A stretch of 23,971 bases of DNA from Thainema sp. (lineage in GTDB: Bacteria; Cyanobacteriota; Cyanobacteriia; Phormidesmidales; Phormidesmidaceae). The notes below the pieces were generated by a model that saw only the letters and a list, made by a program, of their open reading frames with translations, was not told where the DNA came from and made no database searches. A program made the position numbers and the translations under genes. The DNA is taken from assembly GCA_052168235.1 (NCBI GenBank), contig JBQLZK010000082.1, positions 1 to 23,971 on the forward strand, read 5' to 3'. This document shows, piece after piece, positions 9,849 through 19,420 of the stretch; within the stretch, counting starts at the first letter, position 1, and each line of letters opens with the position of its first letter.

Positions 9849-10004
9849 TTTGAAAAACCGTATTTTGCCCCAAATAATATATTTTTGTAAACTTAAATTT
9901 TCTCGTGACTTGACATAAAAATTTCTTTGAATTTCATGATTTAAATAGATTTTAGGTCATGATTTGGGACTCGTCATCACTTCATGACCAAGGAATTCTC
10001 AAAT

Positions 10005-10047
10005 TGTTACGCAGAGAACATTCTTGTAATTTTCAATTTATTATTGT
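10005..10047 (+). promoter_or_regulatory. Putative NtcA-type class II promoter for the Rieske-dmg-DMT-metF-sdaA arm
   Basis: tGTTACGCAGAGAACa (core 10006-10019, GTT-N8-AAC, TGT-N10-ACA), 22 nt spacer, -10 TATTGT (10042-10047); both half-sites deviate from GTA/TAC. Confidence 0.45.
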
Positions 10048-10106
10048 TGATTTATTACTTGTAATTACAAGTCTTGAAAGCAAATAAATAACTTGTAATT
10101 ACAGGC
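10022..10106. promoter_or_regulatory. Array of putative GntR/HutC operators
   Basis: Perfect 16-bp palindrome ACTTGTAATTACAAGT (10057-10072), near-perfect ACTTGTAATTACAGGC (10091-10106) and half-site TCTTGTAATTTTCAAT (10022-10037), spaced 34-35 bp. Confidence 0.7.
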
Positions 10107-10226
10107 TTCAAAAGCGGATTTCAATACCGTCCTTAGTGCCATTCGCGTCAGTCTGATTGAATTTCCAGCCCGAGCAATCGTCGCAAAATCGTCTTCAAAC
10201 CACCTCTATAGCTGCTGAGACGGACT

Positions 10227-11462
10227 ATGACCCAGGAAAATATTTCTAGTGCCCTGCCCGACTTAACTCTTGTAGAATGTCCCGAAACCCATAGAATAAC
10301 GGGCGTACATCACGAGCTGTCGGTGATTGACTTAGATGATTATCGGCACCCCGGTTTGGCAGCAGAGGCGTACACCAGCACTCGTTATCTCAATCGGGAG
10401 CGAGCTACTGTGTTTAGTAATTACTGGGTGTGTGTCGGTCTGGCGTCTGACGTTTCCAATCCAGGCGATGTGTACCCGACCGATGTGGCGGGGATGCCAA
10501 TCGCACTGATCCGCGATCGCACCGGCACCCTCCGCGCCTTTCACAATATTTGCAGCCACCGTGGCCTGCAACTGGTTAATAAACCCTGCAATATCCAGGG
10601 CAATCTGCGTTGCCCCTATCACTCATGGGCCTACAAGCTCGACGGTACGCTCAAGAGCACGCCTCACTTTGGTGGCTATCACAAGGATACCTACGATGGG
10701 TTCGATCGTCAGAGTAAAGGGCTGTCTCCGATTCGCTGCGCCCAGTGGTTCGATCTGGTTTTCGTTAATTTATCCGGGGATGCGCCGCCGCTAGAAGAGT
10801 ACCTGGCACCTGTGATTGAACGCTGGTCAATCTACGATCTCAGCCAGCTGCATCGCGAGCCCCGCGACATTAGCCTACAGTGCAAAGCCAACTGGAAACT
10901 GGCGGTCGAAAACTTCTCCGAAAGTTACCACCTGAGCTGGGTGCATCCTGCCCTCAACAGCTGCTCCCGCATGGAAGATCACTTTGGCTTTGAGGTGGGC
11001 GATGTTCACGTCGGTCAGGGCAGCTTACTGTACAAGAGCGGCGTGGTCGAGGGGCGATCGCTGCCCACGTTTCCTGAGTTAGAGACCCATCAAAAAGAGA
11101 CCGTCGCTGAGTACATCACCGTCTTTCCAAACCTGATGATCGGTGTTCATCCTGACTACTTTTTGGTGTTTACCGTCAACCCCCTCAGCCCCGGCAAAAC
11201 TCAGGAACGCATGACCTTCTACTTCGTCGGCGATCAGGCCATGACCCCCGAAAACAAAGCCCTACGCCACCTGCCGATTGATCTCTGGCAAGCAACTAAC
11301 GACGAAGACATTGATATGATCGAGCGCCTGCAGGTGGGCCGCAAATCTCCTCGTTTTGACGGCGGCTGCTTTTCGCCAGAGCTAGAGAAAACTGTCTATC
11401 GCTTTCAGCAAATGGTGGCGAAGGCAGTGCAGGAGGAACGGGTTGTGAGTCAACCCACCTAA
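10227..11462 (+). CDS. Rieske non-heme iron monooxygenase alpha subunit, quaternary-amine group (GbcA/Stc2/CntA/choline monooxygenase-like); probable betaine N-demethylase
   Basis: Rieske motif CSHRG...CPYH; mononuclear Fe site ENFSESYHLSWVHP with bridging Glu; EDIDMIERLQVG; genomic context. Confidence 0.85.
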   Translation: MTQENISSALPDLTLVECPETHRITGVHHELSVIDLDDYRHPGLAAEAYTSTRYLNRERATVFSNYWVCVGLASDVSNPGDVYPTDVAGMPIALIRDRTGTLRAFHNICSHRGLQLVNKPCNIQGNLRCPYHSWAYKLDGTLKSTPHFGGYHKDTYDGFDRQSKGLSPIRCAQWFDLVFVNLSGDAPPLEEYLAPVIERWSIYDLSQLHREPRDISLQCKANWKLAVENFSESYHLSWVHPALNSCSRMEDHFGFEVGDVHVGQGSLLYKSGVVEGRSLPTFPELETHQKETVAEYITVFPNLMIGVHPDYFLVFTVNPLSPGKTQERMTFYFVGDQAMTPENKALRHLPIDLWQATNDEDIDMIERLQVGRKSPRFDGGCFSPELEKTVYRFQQMVAKAVQEERVVSQPT

Positions 11463-11541
11463 CGCTTGCCTGATCCAGATAGCATCTGGCGCGACCCACG
11501 CTACTTATTCACTTATCTCTTCGCTCCCCGAAAGACCTCCT

Positions 11542-13965
11542 ATGCAATCCAACGCTACCCTCGTCGTTATTGGTGCTGGCATTGTTGGCTGTAGCACCAC
11601 CTATCACCTCGCCAAACTGGGCTGGAAGAATATTGTTGTTGTAGAACAAGGCCCGCTCTTTGCCACGGGCGGCTCCACGTCCCACGCACCAGGCTTGGTG
11701 TTTCAAACCAACTCGTCTAAGACCATGACAAAACTGGCTCAGTACACCGTAGAGCTGTACAGCCAGCTCAGCACCGATGAAGGCCCTGCCTTTTACCCCG
11801 TTGGTGGTGTTGAGGTTGCCTACACCGAAGAGCGTCTGGCTGAACTTCAGCGTAAGCTGGGCTGGGCTAAGTCCTGGGGCGTCGAAGGAGCCTGTTTGCT
11901 CACCCCCGCAGAGGTTAAGGCTAAGGTACCCTTAGTCGATGAAACGAAAGTGCTCGGGGGGTACTATGTGCCCACTGACGGCATTGCCAAAGCCCTACGA
12001 GCTGCAGAAGCGATGGCCAACCACGCCAGAGACGCTGGTGCCGCCGAGTTCTACGGCCAGACTACGGTTATGGATCTTGAAGTGGTCAACGGCCAGGTGC
12101 AGGCTGTTATCACCGACAAAGGCCGCATCGAGACCAATAAGGTGCTGGTCTGTGCCGGTATCTGGGGGCCGCGTATCGGACGCATGGTGGGCGAAGTGAT
12201 TCCCCTCACCCCGGTGCAGCATCAGTATGTAAAAACCTCACCAATTCCGGAACTAGCGGGGGTGACGGCGGAAGTTACCTATCCGATGGTGCGCCATCAG
12301 GACCATGCCATGTACTTCCGGCAGCACGGTGACTGTTGGGGGATTGGCTCATACCAGCATGAACCACTGTTGGTCGACCCCGACAATATTTTGCCCTACG
12401 CTGAAGCGCCGATAATGCCCTCGGTTAAGCCCTTTACTGAAGAGCATTTTGGCCCCGCTTGGGAGTCAGCTAGGGAGCTCTTCCCTGCCCTCGAAAGAGC
12501 CGAGCTGACCTACAAAATTAACGGCATGTTTTCTTTTACTCCTGATAGCGGTTCAATCATTGGAGAATCCAGTAAAACCAAGGGATTTTGGGTAGCAGAG
12601 GCGGTGTGGGTTACCCATGGCGGTGGTGTCGGAAAAATTGTGTCGGAACTCATGACTATCGGCGTACCCAGTCTCGACATTCACGAGATGGATATCAACC
12701 GCTTCTCGGCAGTGTGCAAGAGTGCTGCCTACATTACCCGAGCGGGAGCGCAACAGTACGACGAGGTGTATGACATTATTCACCCCCTAGACCAACAGAC
12801 TCACTCGCGGGAGCTACGGGTTAGTCCCTTTTACCCACGCTTACAGGAATTGGGAGCCCAGTTTATTTTCAGTGCAGGTTGGGAACGACCCCAGTGGTTT
12901 GAATCGAACGTGGCCCTGCTAGAGAACTACAAAGTGCCGCAGCGGCAGGGATGGGAGGCAAAGAACTGGTCGCCGATTCAGGGGGCTGAGCACCTGGCCA
13001 CGCGCAAGAAAGCGGCCCTCTACGACCTTACTCCTTTTGCTAAATTTGAGCTGACCGGACCGGGCGTAGTGAACTATCTGCAAAACCTCTGTGCCAATGA
13101 CATCAACAAGCCTGTCGGCAAGGTGATTTACACCGCCATGCTCGACGCCAATGGTGGCATTATGTGCGACCTAACGGTGAGCCGTTTGGGTAAAGAGACG
13201 TACTGGGTCGTCACGGGGGGCTCGGTTCACGGTCATGATCTAGCCTGGATGCGGGCCCACCTACCCACCGATGATTCGGTGCGGATTGCAGACGTATCGT
13301 CGAGCTATTGCTGCGTGGGCTTGTGGGGGCCGAACGCGCCAGAGATCTTGCAGGCCGTTACCCAAACTGATGTCTCCAAGCCCAAATTCAAGTTCTTCAC
13401 GAATCAGCGGCTCTATATCGGCAACATTCCGGTGTTGGCGGTGCGGGTGTCCTATGTGGGTGAGGAAGGCTGGGAGATCTATGCACCGACTGAGTCGGGA
13501 CTGAAACTGTGGGATACGCTGTGGGCAGCGGGGCAACCCTACGACCTGATCGCGGCTGGTTTAGGCGCGTTTGAAACCCTGCGGCTGGAGAAAGGATTCC
13601 TCCTGTGGGGCACGGATATTCATACAGAATATGATCCCTACGAAGCCGGTTTGGGCTTTGCCGTGAAGCCAAACAAGGGCGACTTTATCGGGAAAGAAGC
13701 ACTGTTACAGCGCCAGGAATACGCCAATCGTAAACTTTGTTTTGTAACGCTAGACGATCCGACTGCGGTGGTGATGGGCAAAGAGCCCGTGATTGCAGAT
13801 GGCAAGGTGCTGGGCTATGCCACCAGCGCAGGCTATGGCTACAGTCTGGGGCGCTGTGTGGTATATGCCTATCTGCCACTGACCTATGCTCAACCGGACA
13901 CCAAGGTCGCGGTGGAATACTTCGGCAAGCCCCTCACGGCAACCGTGGTTGAGAAGCTGTTGTAG
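11542..13965 (+). CDS. dmg: Dimethylglycine oxidase (FAD oxidase + GcvT folate-binding domain)
   Basis: GAGIVG; GGSTSHAPGLVFQTN (covalent-FAD His); HQYVKT; RHQD; AEAVWVTH; GWERPQWF; LRLEKG. By recall these closely match Arthrobacter DMGO. Confidence 0.85.
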   Translation: MQSNATLVVIGAGIVGCSTTYHLAKLGWKNIVVVEQGPLFATGGSTSHAPGLVFQTNSSKTMTKLAQYTVELYSQLSTDEGPAFYPVGGVEVAYTEERLAELQRKLGWAKSWGVEGACLLTPAEVKAKVPLVDETKVLGGYYVPTDGIAKALRAAEAMANHARDAGAAEFYGQTTVMDLEVVNGQVQAVITDKGRIETNKVLVCAGIWGPRIGRMVGEVIPLTPVQHQYVKTSPIPELAGVTAEVTYPMVRHQDHAMYFRQHGDCWGIGSYQHEPLLVDPDNILPYAEAPIMPSVKPFTEEHFGPAWESARELFPALERAELTYKINGMFSFTPDSGSIIGESSKTKGFWVAEAVWVTHGGGVGKIVSELMTIGVPSLDIHEMDINRFSAVCKSAAYITRAGAQQYDEVYDIIHPLDQQTHSRELRVSPFYPRLQELGAQFIFSAGWERPQWFESNVALLENYKVPQRQGWEAKNWSPIQGAEHLATRKKAALYDLTPFAKFELTGPGVVNYLQNLCANDINKPVGKVIYTAMLDANGGIMCDLTVSRLGKETYWVVTGGSVHGHDLAWMRAHLPTDDSVRIADVSSSYCCVGLWGPNAPEILQAVTQTDVSKPKFKFFTNQRLYIGNIPVLAVRVSYVGEEGWEIYAPTESGLKLWDTLWAAGQPYDLIAAGLGAFETLRLEKGFLLWGTDIHTEYDPYEAGLGFAVKPNKGDFIGKEALLQRQEYANRKLCFVTLDDPTAVVMGKEPVIADGKVLGYATSAGYGYSLGRCVVYAYLPLTYAQPDTKVAVEYFGKPLTATVVEKLL

Positions 13966-14058
13966 ACGCTTTCGCTATCTGCACTGGGTGGATGCTCAAT
14001 TGAACCGTTCACCGCCGGGGGTTGATTGAGCAGAAACCTATCCAATGAGGTATTTAGA

Positions 14059-14994
14059 ATGCAAATTCTCGGACTCGAACTGCTGTTTGTGGTGCTGTGG
14101 AGTTCTGGCTTCATTGGCGCAAAATATGGGTTGCCCTACGCGGGGCCATTCACGCTGTTGTTTGTTCGATATGTTTGTGTGGCGATACTGCTGCTGCTCT
14201 GGCTGAGTTATCGTCGGAAGCTACAATTTCACAGCAAGACAGCGATCGCACGTTCTGCTGTCGTTGGTGTGCTCGCTCACGCCATTTGGCTGAGTGCGGC
14301 GCTTGGGGGAATCGCGCTGGGCGTTTCACCCTGGATTGTGGCCCTGATCACGGCGTTGCAGCCCATGGCGACCAGCGTTTTGTCTGGCCCTCTATTGGGA
14401 GAGTCGATATCGGCGGTGCAGTGGTGCGGTACCGGAGTCGGTCTGGTTGGGGTCGTGGTGGTGGTGATGACCAAACTGGAGGGTGCCGCAGGGGCTGCGC
14501 CAATTGGGTATGTTCTGCCCTTTATAGCTGCCGCTAGTATGACCGTGGCAACCTTATACCAACGGCACCTGAATCGCACCCAGCCAGAGCAAAATCTGCC
14601 GGTCATTCAGAGTTTGTTTGTGCAAGCCGTGGCCAGCGCGATCGTCCTGTGGCCCTTGGCGGTTTTGATTGAAGGCATGAGCGTTCAGTGGAGTCAGCAG
14701 TTTGTGTTTGCCCTGGGGTGGTTAATTATTGTGCTGTCGATTGGCTCCTACGGGCTGATGCTGATGCTGTTGGAATATCGCACAGCGGCTAGAGTTGCCA
14801 GTTTGATGTACCTGACACCGCCCACGACGCTAGTGCTGGGATTTCTCCTATTTAATGACCAAATCAGTTGGGTTGATGCAGCTGGTCTAGTAATTGCAGC
14901 CGTTGGTGTGGCCCTCGTTTATCGGGGGGGAACCAATAGTCCTAGAAAGGTACCCAACACTGATCCTAGACGTTTTCTCAGCATGAAGTCCTGA
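14059..14994 (+). CDS. DMT/EamA-family transporter
   Basis: LFVVLWSSGFIGAKYGLPYAGPFTLLFVR, AARVASLMYLTPP, ~10 TM segments; ATG 14059 has GAGG upstream (ORF track starts at TTG 14026). Confidence 0.85.
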   Translation: MQILGLELLFVVLWSSGFIGAKYGLPYAGPFTLLFVRYVCVAILLLLWLSYRRKLQFHSKTAIARSAVVGVLAHAIWLSAALGGIALGVSPWIVALITALQPMATSVLSGPLLGESISAVQWCGTGVGLVGVVVVVMTKLEGAAGAAPIGYVLPFIAAASMTVATLYQRHLNRTQPEQNLPVIQSLFVQAVASAIVLWPLAVLIEGMSVQWSQQFVFALGWLIIVLSIGSYGLMLMLLEYRTAARVASLMYLTPPTTLVLGFLLFNDQISWVDAAGLVIAAVGVALVYRGGTNSPRKVPNTDPRRFLSMKS

Positions 14995-15023
14995 TCGGAC
15001 TGATGATTCTATAGGTTGACGCC

Positions 15024-15802
15024 ATGCAATTTTCGATTGAAGTGACGCCGAAAGCCGATGTCTCAGAACTGTCCCAAGCTTTGCGAGAGGTGTCGATCAC
15101 GTTTCTACCTGGTGCAGACTATCGGGATGTAGTGGCCCAGGCCGTGCGGTTGCGGACAATCGGCTATGATCCGATTCCCCATGTACCTGCTCGTAGTCTG
15201 CGCGATCGCAACCACCTCTACGACTATCTCACTGCTCTTCGTGAGCAGGCCCAAATACGACAGGTGCTGATTATCGGTGGCAGCCTCGATCGCCCCGTTG
15301 GCCCCTTCAGCTCCACACTGGATCTGCTGGAAACAGGTCTGTTCGACGGCCTGCGCGTCGGTGTCGCTGGACATCCTGAAGGCATGCCGATCCTGAATGA
15401 GCGGGAGGCTGACCGAATCCTCGCGCTCAAAAACCAATACGCCCGCGATACCAACACCGATATGTTTGTGATCACCCAGTGGTCGCTGGATGTGATGACG
15501 GTGCGTGCCTGGCTCGATCGCATTCAGCCTTTCAACCACCTTCCCATCTACCTCGGCATCCCTGGCCCCACCACCCCGGCGACTTTACTAAAGTTTGCCA
15601 AAATCTGTGGGGTCAAAACTAGCTTGCTAGGATTACGGCATCAGTCTGCTCGACTGGGTCAACTGCTGACGGTGCAGACCCCAGATTATCTGGTCGATGG
15701 GCTGAGCGATCGCATCCATCACTTCCATATCTATACCTTTGGCGGCTTGGTGCGATCGCGCGACTGGTTAACGACTCGGCTCTCGCAGGAGGCGATGCCG
15801 GC

Positions 15803-15806
<4 letters not shown>
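15024..15806 (+). CDS. metF: Short methylenetetrahydrofolate reductase family protein
   Basis: [38 protein letters not shown]. Confidence 0.75.
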
Positions 15807-17221
<1,415 letters not shown>

Positions 17222-17264
17222 GCCTCAGTCAGAGCAGTAATAAAGACAATCCATATTCCAATTG

Positions 17265-17365
17265 CTCACATCTTGCACCAAAACCCAGAAGGGTTATTTT
17301 GCCGCCGCGATGCGGCGGCAAAATAACCCTTCTGGGTTCTCAAAATGCAAGGTGCAAGATGTGAG
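17265..17365. mobile_element. 101-bp MITE-like element with 15-bp TIRs and 5-bp target-site duplication
   Basis: TIR CTCACATCTTGCACC (17265-17279)/GGTGCAAGATGTGAG (17351-17365); AATTG on both sides (17260-17264, 17366-17370); inner perfect 27-bp stem 17282-17308/17312-17338. Confidence 0.8.
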
Positions 17366-17374
17366 AATTGCACA

Positions 17375-18823
17375 TTAGTTGGTATAGGGCGCAAACAATT
17401 TTTCTAGCTGTTTTTGCACCCAGGCCACCGGATTTTTGTCATAATCCTGGGTAATTAGCCCTAGCTCCCGCAGTCGGCGGTTTTGCTGCACCAATTCAGC
17501 TTCGTGACAACCCATTTCTTGCACAATCAGGTCATACAAACGAGGCTGACTCTGTAAGATCTTTCTGAATCCATAGGAGTTGATGGCAAAGACTGTGGTC
17601 TCTTCGATTGCCGTTACGGTCACCGTACGAGGAATGCCGAGCATCAGCGAAAATTCGCCGATAAACTGCCCGGCCCGCATGACGGTTGGCTGATCTTGAT
17701 CATTGAGAGCGTACTTTAACGCACCTTGCAAAATAATGTAGAATGTATCTCCCGTTTCCCCGGCGTTGTAGAGCACTTCATTAGCCTCTAACCGTCGTCG
17801 ATGACCAACTTCAATGAGTTTACGCAATTCAACCGTGCTGCATTCGGCAAAGTAGGGTAGCTGCCGCAGCAGATCTCGCACGGCAACTGGCTTAGGAAAG
17901 GTATCGCTAAAGGTAGGTACGGTCTGCTGCACATGGGCCTGATCTACATAGTCTTCCGCCGACGCCTGCACCACAATATTGGGATTACGATGCCACAGAT
18001 CGTAGCGGGGCGAAGCCAAACGAATGCGGTGCTGCCGCAGATTTTGGTCAATGATAAAGCGTAGCGAGCTTTCGGTTTTGTGCTTGAGGTCAACCCGATC
18101 AGCCCAAATCCACAGAACAAAATCAAGAGAATTTTCGCCGAAGCTAGTGAAATAGACCTCAGGCGGATATTCATGGGAGACAGTTTCTTCCAGGTAGGCG
18201 GAGTCGAGCAGTGCTTCAATCACCACCACCGGGTCACTTTCGTGGGCTACGCTGACGGTGACGGGCACCCAGCCTTTGGTGTTGTTGTAGGTCCAGTTGG
18301 TCACCTGATTACCGACTAGGTTGCTGTTGGGAATGACGATGTGGCGCTGAGTAATGGTGCGAATTACCGTCGAGCGCAGAGAGATCTCGATAATGTATCC
18401 TGTTTGCCCGTCCCATTCAACAAAGTCGCCCACCTTAAGCTTTTGCTCGATCAGCATAGCGATACCGCTGGTGAAGTTGCGGGTCAGATCTTGTAAACCA
18501 AAGCCGATGCCAATACCCAGACTACCGGCTAAAACTGCAACTGAGGCTAGGTTGATGCCGAACATTTGCAGCATCAGTAGCACCAGCAGCATGCCCAAGC
18601 TGTAGCTGATGATCGTGGCAATTGATTCTCGGGTGCCCTGCCTCAACCCGAGCCGACTTAGGACTTGGTCAGCGAAGAGTCGCTTGAAGGTGAGAACGGC
18701 GATCAAAGCGATGAGCAGAACTAGGAGAAACTGTGCGATCGCGCTGAGAGTCAACGGCGTGTCGCCAAAGTTAAGAATCGGCGCATTCAGTACTTGTTCT
18801 AACGTTTCGCCCAAACTACTCAT
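17375..18823 (-). CDS. MscS-family mechanosensitive channel with C-terminal cyclic-nucleotide-binding domain
   Basis: LGIGIGFGLQDLTRNFTSG, KVGDFVE, IVIPNS, NWT; cNMP motifs GETGDTFYIILQG and FIGEFSLMLGIPRTVTVTA. Confidence 0.9.
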   Translation of the reverse strand: MSSLGETLEQVLNAPILNFGDTPLTLSAIAQFLLVLLIALIAVLTFKRLFADQVLSRLGLRQGTRESIATIISYSLGMLLVLLMLQMFGINLASVAVLAGSLGIGIGFGLQDLTRNFTSGIAMLIEQKLKVGDFVEWDGQTGYIIEISLRSTVIRTITQRHIVIPNSNLVGNQVTNWTYNNTKGWVPVTVSVAHESDPVVVIEALLDSAYLEETVSHEYPPEVYFTSFGENSLDFVLWIWADRVDLKHKTESSLRFIIDQNLRQHRIRLASPRYDLWHRNPNIVVQASAEDYVDQAHVQQTVPTFSDTFPKPVAVRDLLRQLPYFAECSTVELRKLIEVGHRRRLEANEVLYNAGETGDTFYIILQGALKYALNDQDQPTVMRAGQFIGEFSLMLGIPRTVTVTAIEETTVFAINSYGFRKILQSQPRLYDLIVQEMGCHEAELVQQNRRLRELGLITQDYDKNPVAWVQKQLEKLFAPYTN

Positions 18824-19420
18824 TCACCATCCCAAACCGTAATCTGCACACCGGCAAATGTAACTTGAATCTTTAAGATCACAATGTCTAATTGAAACCA
18901 TATCTAGCAGAAAAGCTATATCCCCTGCTCAATTCACCCAGCAATCCGTCATCATGGAGTACGTGAGCAACTGCTTAATTGACGAGGTTTGTCAGGAACT
19001 TCAGGCAATTGTGCAATAGCAAAGTGAGGAAAAAACGGCTTTGGTGTATGAATCAAAAAAGGAACAGATCTGTCCCATCACGCGGTTGAATTTAGTTGTC
19101 AACGGAATAACTATCGGGCTTGGCCAACTGAATCATGCGGTTTGATGCCGCACATGGCAAGAAAAGTTTAGAGCATTTGTACAAAACGATTTTGCTGCTG
19201 GGATCGGGTTGAGATGATTAACGACTCAGATTTTTCGGCTACTACACTGAACCTATTGAGACAGAACTGCGATCGCACTTGCCACCTGCTCCTCTCCAAC
19301 CTCTAGATAGGGAATAGGCGTGCAAGATTTTGGACGAGACGATTATGGGATTAACTAACCACACGTTTTTTTCGGAGAAGATGTCATACTGAAGCATCTT
19401 GCTACCGTTGCTAAAGTCGT

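Noticed and set aside
10022..10106. Repeats at 34-35 bp period considered as a mini CRISPR array
   Set aside because: 16-bp units with ~18-bp gaps are too short, no cas genes are present, and the position fits operators
9660..10226. Glycine, THF or SAM riboswitch in the cluster leaders
   Set aside because: No recognisable aptamer consensus by eye; an Rfam scan would be needed to exclude it
13930..13965. dmg ends at ATVVEKLL without the usual PLYDP-type tail
   Set aside because: Only about 10 residues shorter, with no tail in other frames; not enough to call a pseudogene
18830..19420. Possible small ORF (MEYVSNCLIDEVCQELQAIVQ) or ncRNA in the mscS-ggt gap
   Set aside because: No clear RBS, motif or recognisable RNA structure
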